A stretch of 60,421 bases of DNA, filler included. It is 5 parts of 5 records of this genome, joined end to end, with 100 filler letters (N's around TTAATTAATTAA, not from the genome) between each part and the next. Parts side by side here need not be neighbours in the genome. Positions count along the whole stretch, not along the records: positions 6,934 to 15,046 come from DRR723986_29885; positions 15,147 to 20,454 come from DRR723986_29979; 3 more parts are not named here. The stretch is one strand, 5' to 3'. The notes below the pieces were generated by a model. The model did not search any database. It saw only the letters and a list, made by a program, of their open reading frames with translations, and had not been told where the DNA came from. Positions 9,987-19,490 of this stretch are shown here, piece by piece. The translations under genes were made by a program, and so were the position numbers. Every line of letters begins with the position of its first letter. Positions within the stretch are counted from its first letter, which is position 1.

Positions 9987-10196
9987 ATGGAAGTTATCCT
10001 TTCCATCCTGCTGTATTTAGGTGTCATCGTCAGCCCAGCCACGTACTACGACACTGAAATCGATGCGTTTGCCGATCAAAATGAGACGCAGATTACGGCC
10101 ATCCAGGCCGATGTGAACCTGACACAAACAATTGTGCAGGACTACCAGGACGAGGTCTCAATAATATTGATCATTGACTGGGAAACTGAGAAGTGA
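9987..10196 (+). CDS. Small, probably secreted acidic peptide (69 aa)
   Basis: GGAG SD 8 nt before ATG 9987; hydrophobic N-terminus MEVILSILLYLGVIVSPA then a D/E/Q/T-rich region. Confidence 0.7.
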   Translation: MEVILSILLYLGVIVSPATYYDTEIDAFADQNETQITAIQADVNLTQTIVQDYQDEVSIILIIDWETEK

Positions 10197-11977
10197 CGCC
10201 TGTCGGCGCCGCCCGGAGGCGCTAATTCCATATTGACGCCAGTTTTGGGCGGCATACTTTTTGCGCCGGCCGGATTCGCGGTTCTGCTCATAGGGCTATT
10301 AGTGGGGCTGATATTGGGACTAATAATATCGCTGACCGCGGACCGGGGCGTGTCATTTGGCCGCGGCCGCCGCAGGTAGTATTCGGCCGTTCTGTGCGGC
10401 TGGACAGGTTGGGGCGCTTCGGCCTGTAACATAGGCGGCCTTAGCGATTCAAAGCGCAGGAACTCCTGCTCGTCGCAGCCCGGGCTTGCGCTCAGCGCCG
10501 CAGCTACTTCACTTGCAGTTACAGCTCCGGAGGCCTCACAAAACAGCTGCAGAAGCGCGTGGCTGCGCGGAGCATCTGTGAATTGCGGCTGCCTTGTGAG
10601 CAGCGCGCTACAGTGCTGAGCAAGAATTTGTGCCGGCTGTGTGCTGCAGAGGCAGTCGAGCAGCAGATGCGCGGCTCTGATTTCCCACATTGCCGCCACC
10701 TGAATTTGGGGGCAGGGCCGCAGCGCCGTATTGGCCTGGAGACATGCCAGATTGTGCTTAATCAGGTTCCAGCGCGCCTGCATCAGTGGCGGCAGGCCGG
10801 ATAACTCAGAGTTTTTGTCGGCCGCATTCAGACAGTCCAGCGCTACCTGCAGATCACCCAGGCGCAGAGCCAAAATTGCCAGTTGCTGGCGCGCCACGGC
10901 GCGGTTGAGTTCTCCAGGGTCAAATTCAGAGCATAGTTTGTAGCCCAGCTCAATTCCGGCCGGATCAGCGCGATGCACCAGGCAGTGCAGACGCACCAGA
11001 TCCAGGCGCAGAAACTGCACGCGCCCTGTGATTTGCGGCTGTGTTTGCAGGTAGGCGCGATATTGGCTGCACTGCTCCAGCGCTTCCGCAGTATTGTTGA
11101 GCGCCATGGCGGCCTGGATACGCAGCTGGAAATATGCCGTTTCCAGGCTGCGGCCGGAGTGAATTCGCCGCAGATCGTTCAGGTTGGCCCAGTAGTGTGT
11201 GGCTGCATTCCCCAACGCCCGGCGGCGGCGACCCAGTATGTGCACATCCAGCGTGTGGCGCTGCAGCAATTCGGCCGCATAGGTTTCGGCATCGCGCAGG
11301 CCCCGCAAACGGCGCGTCTCCGCCGCATATTCTTCAAAGGCCTGGCCGTCACCACGGAGGGCCGCGTTCTGGCGCAGCAGCAGGCAACATTCCAACTGAA
11401 CGTAAATATCCTGCAGCACGCGCGCACGGCGCAGGAGTGCGAGCAGGAGCGGCATGGCACTCTCGCGTTTGCCGAGCATGACCAGGGTTTTGCAGGCCGC
11501 CAGTTGCATTGCACAGCGATGCAGCTTCCAGGCATGTGAGCCGCGCAGCTTGCGCGAGGGCCGCAGTAGTAGAAGCACGTCCGTCAACGCCTGCAGCACA
11601 CCTTGTTTGCGCGCATGGCGGCGGCGTTTGCGATTGCGTTCGTCAGCAGACTTTACGGCAGGCGACGCGGCGGCGGCATCTGACACTTCGGGCTCAGGAG
11701 ATTTTGACTCACAGGATCCTGACTTGGGGGGGTTGGGCTGGGAGCTGGGCGGCGCGTGCGCCGGCGCATCCAGGCAACGCGCCAAAAACTGATCCAACTC
11801 CGCTGTGGACATGGCGCCTGAAGTTCGACTGCGACCGGGAACACCAAGGGCGCCCGGCTCCAGTAACCCTTCGCATATTTCGCGTACCGGACGGCGGCTG
11901 CGCAGCAGGCGGCGTGGATCACACTCGCGGCTGCAGGCAGCAAGTATCGCCACGGCCATAGTCTTAAGCGAATGCAT
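10142..11977 (-). CDS. Large all-helical (TPR-like) hypothetical protein, diverged paralog B (611 aa)
   Basis: Aligns by eye with paralog A (LRQNAALRG/LRRHAALHG, YFQLRI/YYHRLHL, RSHALLQL/RSHCFVRL, EFLRFESL/EVIPYERL); Pro/Ser-rich insert and tail. Confidence 0.7.
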   Translation of the reverse strand: MHSLKTMAVAILAACSRECDPRRLLRSRRPVREICEGLLEPGALGVPGRSRTSGAMSTAELDQFLARCLDAPAHAPPSSQPNPPKSGSCESKSPEPEVSDAAAASPAVKSADERNRKRRRHARKQGVLQALTDVLLLLRPSRKLRGSHAWKLHRCAMQLAACKTLVMLGKRESAMPLLLALLRRARVLQDIYVQLECCLLLRQNAALRGDGQAFEEYAAETRRLRGLRDAETYAAELLQRHTLDVHILGRRRRALGNAATHYWANLNDLRRIHSGRSLETAYFQLRIQAAMALNNTAEALEQCSQYRAYLQTQPQITGRVQFLRLDLVRLHCLVHRADPAGIELGYKLCSEFDPGELNRAVARQQLAILALRLGDLQVALDCLNAADKNSELSGLPPLMQARWNLIKHNLACLQANTALRPCPQIQVAAMWEIRAAHLLLDCLCSTQPAQILAQHCSALLTRQPQFTDAPRSHALLQLFCEASGAVTASEVAAALSASPGCDEQEFLRFESLRPPMLQAEAPQPVQPHRTAEYYLRRPRPNDTPRSAVSDIISPNISPTNSPMSRTANPAGAKSMPPKTGVNMELAPPGGADRRHFSVSQSMINIIETSSW

Positions 11978-12236
11978 ACAGTCAACTCACACAAGTCACG
12001 TTTAATTGCCACTATTCGATCAAATACGCCCATATAAGTTAAGCAATTAATTAACCAGACGCTATATCTATTCACTGAGATTAGCACCGAATTTGGGCAA
12101 ATCGCCATCCCACGGCTGCATGATCCATCTAATAATTGTAGTTTTGCGGTAATACTACGCTTCCAGCGATGGCTCCGGCTATAACTCTGGCCGCGCTAAC
12201 TCTAAAGGTCTTCAGCAAGTAAATCCCAACCCGTTT

Positions 12237-12998
12237 ATGGCTCATCTCCTCTGTGTTGTCCCCTGCTACAATGAAGCTGAGCGCTTGCCGCGCCAGGAGT
12301 TCATTGACTTTAGCTGCGCAGGCCACCGCGTGGAATTTCTGATGGTCAATGATGGCAGCCGCGACGGCACCCTGGAAATGCTGCAGGCGATGCAGACTGA
12401 AGCCCCGGAGCATATCCGCGTGCTGGATGTACAGCCGAATGGCGGCAAAGCCGAAGCCGTGCGCCGCGGCATCCTCGCTGCCCTGCAGAACAAGCCGGAC
12501 TACGTAGCCTACTGGGATGCCGACCTGGCAACACCGCTCTGGGAGATACCGCGCTTCCTGGAAATCCTTGAGTCTAACGCCGCCGTACGCCTGGTGATGG
12601 GCTCGCGCGTTAAATTGCTCGGCCGCCGCGTGGACAGGAAACTGACGCGCCATATTCTGGGCCGCCTCTTTGCAACCGTGGTCTCACTCTCGCTGCGCCT
12701 GGCGGTGTACGACACGCAATGCGGCGCCAAAATGTTCCGCGTGCATGCGTCAACCCTCCCGCTCTTTGACCAGACTTTCCTGTCGCGCTGGGTGTTTGAC
12801 GTTGAGATTATTGCGCGAATGCTCGGTGAATTCAATCGTCACGGAATCGACCCGGAAGAGGCGCTCTATGAATTGCCGCTGCGCCAATGGGTTGACGTTG
12901 ACGGCTCCAAGTTAAATGCCGGCGACTTCCTGACTGCAGCACTTGACGTTCTGCGCATCCGCCGGCGCTACAAGACGGCTTTGCGCCCCAAGTCCTGA
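12237..12998 (+). CDS. Glycosyltransferase family 2 (polyprenol-phosphate glycosyltransferase-like)
   Basis: VVPCYNE, VNDGSRDGT, GKAEAV, DADLATP, DTQCGAKMFR, WVFDVE. Confidence 0.92.
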   Translation: MAHLLCVVPCYNEAERLPRQEFIDFSCAGHRVEFLMVNDGSRDGTLEMLQAMQTEAPEHIRVLDVQPNGGKAEAVRRGILAALQNKPDYVAYWDADLATPLWEIPRFLEILESNAAVRLVMGSRVKLLGRRVDRKLTRHILGRLFATVVSLSLRLAVYDTQCGAKMFRVHASTLPLFDQTFLSRWVFDVEIIARMLGEFNRHGIDPEEALYELPLRQWVDVDGSKLNAGDFLTAALDVLRIRRRYKTALRPKS

Positions 12999-13211
12999 GA
13001 CTGCAAGTCTCAAGTCTCTCCCCAAGACGCCAGAACGCAAAAAACACACAAAAAAAGAGTGAAAACCGCAGGCCTCCACTCTTGTAGTTATGAGTTTGTA
13101 TGTTTGAAATATTCAGTGCGGATAGATGCAGGCTTGCAGGCTAGCTGTACTAATGCGGTCGGTGGGCCCGTCTTGTGCGCCAATTGGCCCCAATTGACCC
13201 AATGTGGCCGG

Positions 13212-13619
13212 CTAGACCACTTTGGCAAAATGTGTAGAGTAAGAATCGCTGGCCAGTGATTCGGCCATCTCATAACGCGTCTTGTCCGCGTCGGATTTTA
13301 ACTGGTCAAACGTGGAATCCCTGGCAAACTTGGACTGAATGTGCTCAAACTCCATCTTGGAATGCAGCCAGTGGTCAAAATTTAGTAACATAGCCTCGAC
13401 GCAGTTAACGCCCTGGTATGCGCCACTCGTCTCACGCTGGATAAACTGATGCAGCTCGTCCGCGTACTTTACATCGAAATAGTAGGTCTTGTGCGACGTG
13501 CGATTTCCGTGGCCTTTCGCATAGTATCGCACCAGCACACCCATGTCATCGAACACGAACTCTAGGCCCATTGTGTCTCCGATGTCATTCGTGCGGGTGA
13601 AATCGTAGTATGTTGCCAT
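13212..13619 (-). CDS. Hypothetical protein (135 aa)
   Basis: GGGAGGG SD upstream of ATG; protein-like composition. Confidence 0.65.
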   Translation of the reverse strand: MATYYDFTRTNDIGDTMGLEFVFDDMGVLVRYYAKGHGNRTSHKTYYFDVKYADELHQFIQRETSGAYQGVNCVEAMLLNFDHWLHSKMEFEHIQSKFARDSTFDQLKSDADKTRYEMAESLASDSYSTHFAKVV

Positions 13620-13779
13620 ACGCTACCCTCCCGAGAATTAGAATGTTGGAATATGGATTGGAATCAGCCGCGTGGCTTTTGGCGCAAAAATCAAAGGTCA
13701 GCATGCAAAAACAGGCGCCGGCCCACAGCGGTATAGGCCTAGATAAAATAGCAGAAAAAGCGAGAATTAAAAGGACTCC

Positions 13780-14757
13780 ATGCCCACAATCGTATTCATG
13801 ATCGATGCCAACCCGCACTGGCGCATGCGCATCGCCGAACTGGAACGCGACTTTCCCGACTTCCGCGCCCTCATCCCCGAAAATGAAGATGAGCTGCTCA
13901 GCGCCCTAAAAACTGCCGACGCCGTGGTAGCCGGGCGTTTCCCCGTCGAACGCCTCGATCAGGCCCCCAAGCTCAAGGCCCTGTTTGTATCGTTTGCAGG
14001 CGTAAATCCCTTCCCACTTGCAGAAATTGCCAAACGCAATATTCTGATGGCCAACTCGCATGGCGCCGCACCGTTTGTAGCCGAACGCATCCTGGGCCTG
14101 ACACTTGCACTCCTGGGCCGCATCGCCGAAGCCGACCGCAAATTGCGCCGGGGCGACTGGCTGCGCGCCAAACCCGAACACTTCTGGCAGTCCCTCTCTG
14201 ATAAAACCGTCGTCATCATGGGCGTGGGCCACCTGGGCCAGTCCGCCGCGCGTCTACTCAGGCCGCTCACACAGAACATCCTTGGCTGGGGACGCCGCCC
14301 ACGCACACAAATCCCCGAACATTTTGACGAATACACCACCGACAAATCGCAGGCTCTTAAGGCCGCCGATGTATTGATTCTGACTGCACCACTTACCCCC
14401 GCAAGCGAAAATATCATCGACAAAACAGCGCTCGATCAACTGGGCCAGGCGTTTATTGTTAACGTTGGCCGCGCCAAACTCATCAATGAGGCCGCGCTCT
14501 ACAATGCCCTCAAACAGCAAACAATTGCGGGGCTGGCTACGGACGTGCATTACGTGTACAAACGCGGCGAGGACGGACCCAATTTCCCGTCCGAATTCCC
14601 ACTCCACGAGCTCGAAAATGTCGTTTTTACGGCACATTCAGCGGCACATGTAACGCAGGCGCGCCAGGCCAATATCGATGGTGCTTTTAGCAATATTCGC
14701 GAGTGGCTCAGCAGCGGAGCGGTTCTGAATCCGGTCGATCTCAGCGCCGGTTATTGA
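13780..14757 (+). CDS. D-isomer-specific 2-hydroxyacid dehydrogenase family protein
   Basis: GVGHLG Rossmann motif, NVGRA, LATDV, TAHSAA; AAGGA SD. Confidence 0.9.
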   Translation: MPTIVFMIDANPHWRMRIAELERDFPDFRALIPENEDELLSALKTADAVVAGRFPVERLDQAPKLKALFVSFAGVNPFPLAEIAKRNILMANSHGAAPFVAERILGLTLALLGRIAEADRKLRRGDWLRAKPEHFWQSLSDKTVVIMGVGHLGQSAARLLRPLTQNILGWGRRPRTQIPEHFDEYTTDKSQALKAADVLILTAPLTPASENIIDKTALDQLGQAFIVNVGRAKLINEAALYNALKQQTIAGLATDVHYVYKRGEDGPNFPSEFPLHELENVVFTAHSAAHVTQARQANIDGAFSNIREWLSSGAVLNPVDLSAGY

Positions 14758-15046
14758 GAGTGGATTTTGGGGCTGGATCTTCCCCCGCAGCTTCAGTACA
14801 CAACTCGGAAAATGGATACTGCTGACCAAGAGCGCTTGCGCCCCCCTGCGTTCCACTTGTGTGGCTGGCTGTTTCTTCTTGCTAGTTTTTGAGTGCATTT
14901 TCTGCAGTTTTTTTGTGCAAATTCTCTTTTGGCGCTGGGAATTGAGTCTGGAGTCAGCTCAGAATGGTGTGAATTTGGGTGCAGAATAGGCCGAAATCAT
15001 ATCAAATTCACACCCAAAAACCACCGGATCCAGCCCTAAGGGCTCG

Positions 15047-15146
15047 NNNNNNNNNNNNNNNNNNNNNNNNNNNNNNNNNNNNNNNNNNNNTTAATTAATT
15101 AANNNNNNNNNNNNNNNNNNNNNNNNNNNNNNNNNNNNNNNNNNNN
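15047..15146. other. Artificial contig spacer
   Basis: Same N/TTAATTAATTAA linker. Confidence 0.98.
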
Positions 15147-15171
15147 AGCCGCAACGCGCAAGCGTGCGGTT
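15147..15171. repeat. REP-like hairpin at contig start
   Basis: AGCCGCA-ACGC-GCAA-GCGT-GCGGTT stem-loop with GNRA loop; only one copy in the window. Confidence 0.4.
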
Positions 15172-15318
15172 CCCCCAGTTAAAACGCAACGTCATCCTCT
15201 CAAAGAGTCCGGGGTGAGTTGTTGCCGCTGGTGCGGAAGACGGCGAATGCGAATGTCGGTAGAATGCCCCTTTGTTTCGTTTTGGGGTGCTCACTGATCA
15301 GTAACAGGCGGAAAGAAC

Positions 15319-16530
15319 ATGAAGATACTCTGGCAATTTGCGGCACTGTGGGCGCTGCACTCCTGCGTTCTGTCGACTCCAGTCTTACGAGCGCAAGACG
15401 ATCCGGCGGTAGCTGTTTCGCAAGGTAATGTCAGCCTCCCCAAGGGCTATTGGAAAAAGCACGTACTCTTTTCCGGTAGCCAGTGCATGACCGCTGTGGC
15501 TGGTGAATTCACCGGGGACGATGTGCCAGATGTAATTTGCAACGCCGGCAACAAAACACGATTGATCGTAGGCCCGCTTTCAACCAATGAACCGCCACGC
15601 GAGATTGTGTTGGCCGACAGCAAGGAACATAATTTCATCCACAGTGCAATGATGGATGTCGACGCCGATGGTGATCTGGACTACATCGCCGCTCGCTACA
15701 ATCCGGGTTTGATTGTGTGGTTCGAGCAACCGGAATCGCCGCTTACAGAGCGTTGGCGACAGCACATAATATCAACACAGGTGCACGGAATTCACGGTCT
15801 TCTGGTCGGCGATGTGGATCAAGACGGTCGTCCTGACCTCCTAGCGACCAGTGCCCAGGACAAAGATCCCTTTCCTCAGTCGTTGGTATGGTTCCGCGTG
15901 CCGACTGATCCCATGCAGAAGCTTGAATGGGTCCCGCACTCACTGGCGCATAAAGATGCACCTGGACTGACCCACTATTTGGGACTAGGGGATGTCAACG
16001 GCGACGGGCGTCCCGACGTGTCCACCGGTGCCAAAGGCGGGCCAAACGACAAGTCTGGATTGGGAGAATGGTTCGCTGGGTGGGAAGCTCCCAAGGATCC
16101 AACCGGAATTTGGAAGAAACACATCCTGTCTGCTCGGCAACCAGGGGCCACCAACATTCATCCTGAGGACGTCAATGGTGATGGCTTAGTTGACTTTATC
16201 GCGGCGCGAGGTCACGGACGCGGCGTCGTCTGGTTTGAAGCTCCCGGGTGGGACGAACACGCGATCAACGCAAGGATTAAGGAGCCGCACTGCTTGGTTG
16301 TCTGTGACATGGACGGTGACGGTGATCTGGACGCCGCAACGTGCGCCTTTGGTGACGAAGTTGCCGCGTGGTTTGAGAACGATGGTGCTGGGAATTTCAA
16401 AACTCATATCATTGGCGATCAGCAGCAAGCCTACGACATCCGAGCAACGGACCTCGACGGCGACGGTGATCTCGACATACTGGTGGCTGGCCGAGCTAGT
16501 AAGAATGTAGTGTGGTACGAGCACCCGTAG
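15319..16530 (+). CDS. Secreted FG-GAP/VCBS-repeat beta-propeller protein
   Basis: Signal peptide and seven DxD/NxDG repeats (e.g. DVDADGDLD, DVDQDGRPD, DVNGDGRPD, DMDGDGDLD, DLDGDGDLD). Confidence 0.88.
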   Translation: MKILWQFAALWALHSCVLSTPVLRAQDDPAVAVSQGNVSLPKGYWKKHVLFSGSQCMTAVAGEFTGDDVPDVICNAGNKTRLIVGPLSTNEPPREIVLADSKEHNFIHSAMMDVDADGDLDYIAARYNPGLIVWFEQPESPLTERWRQHIISTQVHGIHGLLVGDVDQDGRPDLLATSAQDKDPFPQSLVWFRVPTDPMQKLEWVPHSLAHKDAPGLTHYLGLGDVNGDGRPDVSTGAKGGPNDKSGLGEWFAGWEAPKDPTGIWKKHILSARQPGATNIHPEDVNGDGLVDFIAARGHGRGVVWFEAPGWDEHAINARIKEPHCLVVCDMDGDGDLDAATCAFGDEVAAWFENDGAGNFKTHIIGDQQQAYDIRATDLDGDGDLDILVAGRASKNVVWYEHP

Positions 16531-16593
16531 GTCGGTCGAGCAAGACGCGGCGGACGGTTCTGGTCTGCCGCCCTGCCCGCCCACATCAATTCA

Positions 16594-17427
16594 ATGACAG
16601 ACACTCCTGCGAAGCTTGTTTCAAGCTCGGCAGGGCAACCTCCGGAGAGCACATTGCAGATCCTGCTAACCAATGACGATGGCATTCATGCACCTGGCAT
16701 CGCCGCCCTTCGCCAGCCACTAGCGGAGCTTGGTAAGGTCAACATGATCGCGCCGGCGACGGAGCAAAGCGGTGTGGGCCATTCCATTACGTTTCTTGAA
16801 CCGCTGGTCTGCAAGGAGATTTACCACGGCGACGAACTGCATGCGATCGCGGTGGAAGGAAGTCCGGCTGACTGCGTCAAGCTTGGGATTTCGGAGCTCT
16901 CCAAGGAGCCAATTGACCTAGTGGTCAGTGGGATTAATGGTGGATTGAACGCAGGAATAAACGTTCTTTACTCTGGCACGGTCGCAGCCGCCATCGAAGG
17001 GGCCTTCTTTCGTCGCAATAGTTTTGCGGTGTCCCTTGAGTACGATCCGCATGCTGATTTTGACGGCGCGGCTGAGCTGGCTTTGCCGCTCATAAAGCAG
17101 ATTCTTGATCAAAAGAGTGATTCGCCGCAGCTCTTCAATATCAATGTCCCGACCGCAGCAGTTGACGGATACCGCAATGGCGTGATGCCTCAGGTGCATA
17201 TCGTTCCTATGGGCGTCGAACGTTACGGCGAGCACTATATTCGTCGGCAAGATCCAAAGGGACGCGACTATTATTGGGCGACCAATGATCCACCGCCAAA
17301 GCGGACTCAGCACCCGACGGACCTGACCATGCTGTCCGATGGGCATGTCACGGTAACGCCACTCAAGTTTGATTTAACCTCACAGCAATTGCTCACCGAA
17401 ATGGCCGATTGGACGCTCGAGCTGTAG
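16594..17427 (+). CDS. surE: 5'/3'-nucleotidase SurE
   Basis: ILLTNDDGIHAPG, QSGVG, GSPADCV, SGINGGLN, YSGTVAAA. Confidence 0.95.
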   Translation: MTDTPAKLVSSSAGQPPESTLQILLTNDDGIHAPGIAALRQPLAELGKVNMIAPATEQSGVGHSITFLEPLVCKEIYHGDELHAIAVEGSPADCVKLGISELSKEPIDLVVSGINGGLNAGINVLYSGTVAAAIEGAFFRRNSFAVSLEYDPHADFDGAAELALPLIKQILDQKSDSPQLFNINVPTAAVDGYRNGVMPQVHIVPMGVERYGEHYIRRQDPKGRDYYWATNDPPPKRTQHPTDLTMLSDGHVTVTPLKFDLTSQQLLTEMADWTLEL

Positions 17428-17489
17428 GTGGCGAGGTTCCTCGATTGCTTCGTAGGAGTTGTTCCCGGCCTTCGCCTGTGCGAGCGAGT

Positions 17490-18536
17490 CTAGCCAAACC
17501 TAGGGTTGGGCGTCGAAATGGGTTGGTGTTGAGAAGCACAATGAAATGCGCCCAGACCCCAGATCAGATCGTGCGCGTCGATCGGGATGATGCGATGGTT
17601 TGGTAGTAACTTGGTGAACAAGTCGATCGCATGTTGGTCCGTTGCATCGTGTCGAAAAGTCGGCAAAATGACCGCTCCGTTGATGAACAGAAAATTGCAG
17701 TAACTTTCTGGCACACGGGTGTTATCGATATGGCGTGGCGGTGGAGTTGGTAGTTCGTGGACGTTTAGTCCGGTTCCATCGGGTCCAATGACGTCGCGCA
17801 GAATCCGAGCGTTTTCTTGTAGGCCGTAGGCATTCGCATCGCTGGATAGGCTGGAAACTGCGACCACAACGGTATTTTCATTGACGAAACGAGCGAGTTG
17901 GTCGATGTGGCCATCGGTGTCGTCTCCTTCCAAGCCACCGCCGTCGACCCAAACAACTTGCTGCACACAAAGCTGGTTCATCAGCTCTTCGGTGACCATG
18001 TCCCGTGTCCAGCCAGGATTGCGGGACGGTGACAATAGGCAATTGCTAGTTGTCAGTAAAAGTCCCGCACCGTTGCCTTCCAGCGCTCCGCCCTCGCAGT
18101 GGAGCGGCGAATTACTGAAGGCGCAACCAATTCCCGAGCAGATCGCATTCGCTGCCGCAGCATCCAAATCGTAGGGCTGGTATTTACCACCCCAGGCGTT
18201 GTATTGCCAATTGACGCCGATGAGCCCGCTATCCGAGCGGCGAATGACAAACGTTGGGCCGTAGTCACGTACCCAGCAGTCATTGTTTGGGATAACGTAT
18301 CTTTGAACCCCAGGCGAATACTGAATGCTCTTGGGAAGAGTATCCTGATCTGCGGCGCGGAGCAGCAGATTGACCGGTTGGGCGCGGCTCACTTCCAAAA
18401 CGAATCGTTCGAAGACCACAGGAATTTCTGAGAATCGGCCGGGCCAGGTGGCGTGATTATGAGGCCAAGCTATCCATGTAGCCTCTTGTCGCTCCCACTC
18501 CGCGGGCCAGCGATGCATGCTTAGCGAGTCAATCAT
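17490..18536 (-). CDS. Agmatine deiminase (PPAD) family protein
   Basis: PAEWE, WVRDYGP, EGGA, DTDGHID, GAFHC (catalytic Cys). Confidence 0.92.
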   Translation of the reverse strand: MIDSLSMHRWPAEWERQEATWIAWPHNHATWPGRFSEIPVVFERFVLEVSRAQPVNLLLRAADQDTLPKSIQYSPGVQRYVIPNNDCWVRDYGPTFVIRRSDSGLIGVNWQYNAWGGKYQPYDLDAAAANAICSGIGCAFSNSPLHCEGGALEGNGAGLLLTTSNCLLSPSRNPGWTRDMVTEELMNQLCVQQVVWVDGGGLEGDDTDGHIDQLARFVNENTVVVAVSSLSSDANAYGLQENARILRDVIGPDGTGLNVHELPTPPPRHIDNTRVPESYCNFLFINGAVILPTFRHDATDQHAIDLFTKLLPNHRIIPIDAHDLIWGLGAFHCASQHQPISTPNPRFG

Positions 18537-18679
18537 TTGTTTGTCGGGCGTAGGGGCGTGTTAAGGGCCCAATCATTATTGCAAAATCGATTCTCCTCAC
18601 AACCAGCGTCCCGTCAGAAAAGATGCCGACGCTGAGTACTCCGAGACTGTGTCCTTTGAGGCAAATAGACTGGTTGCCG

Positions 18680-19468
18680 CTAACGAACGTCACCAAGAAA
18701 CGGTCCTGCCAGAGCGGCGACACCCGCCAAAAGAGCGGTTTCAACTCTCAGGATCCTTGCTCCAAATGTACAGCAGTGCCAGCCGTTCTCGGCGAGGTGC
18801 TGAACTTCCGAATCGACAAAACCGCCTTCCGGGCCGATAGCAAGGCGGATTGTTTCAGGTTGCAGCGTGATGTTCGTTAGGGCTGCGGAATGTTGACCTT
18901 GGCGGCTTGCCAAGAAGAGGTCGCCAGCAACATCGGTCAGGGCAACTGAGTCGCCGTAGGGGTGTGCAACCAGATCAAGTTGCGTGTCGTCCCCGCCCAG
19001 CTTGGCCAGTTGATCTACTGTGACCGGTTCACCGATCTGCATCAAACGGTTGCGACCGCATTGCTTTGACGCTTCAATAACTTGCCGACGTAGTCGTTCT
19101 AGTGCGTTTGAGGTCGGCTGCGAAACGCTTCGACGAGCGGCCAGTGGTGTGAGGCTTGTAACGCCTAATTGCACCGCCGATTCGATGAGAGTCTTCTGCC
19201 GATCTCCCTTGGGGAGAGCAACAAACGCTTCGATGCCTACTGCGAGCTCGCGGTTGGTGTCAGTGCGGCGCAGGATTGCTGCCGTAACGCAGCGCTTGCT
19301 GACCGCATGCAGTGTTGCGGTGGCCTCCCCGCCCTTTCCATCAAAGAGCACAACGTCGTCGCCCTCCGACATTCGAAGGATTCCGGTGCAATGACGCGCT
19401 TCATCGGCTGGGAAGTCGACTTGGCCGTTCTCGGGCAAGCCGGGCACATAGAATCGCGGTACGGCCAT
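18680..19468 (-). CDS. rsmE: 16S rRNA m3U1498 methyltransferase RsmE
   Basis: Start MAVPRFY at 19468; EARH..ILR, EASKQCGR, IGPEGGF, RILRVETA. Confidence 0.93.
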   Translation of the reverse strand: MAVPRFYVPGLPENGQVDFPADEARHCTGILRMSEGDDVVLFDGKGGEATATLHAVSKRCVTAAILRRTDTNRELAVGIEAFVALPKGDRQKTLIESAVQLGVTSLTPLAARRSVSQPTSNALERLRRQVIEASKQCGRNRLMQIGEPVTVDQLAKLGGDDTQLDLVAHPYGDSVALTDVAGDLFLASRQGQHSAALTNITLQPETIRLAIGPEGGFVDSEVQHLAENGWHCCTFGARILRVETALLAGVAALAGPFLGDVR

Positions 19469-19490
19469 ACGATTACTCTCGTTAGCTGCC

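Noticed and set aside
12990-13030. Short AAGTCTC-like repeats, also near 6952-6980 and 7256
   Set aside because: Only 2-3 imperfect units per site; too weak to call
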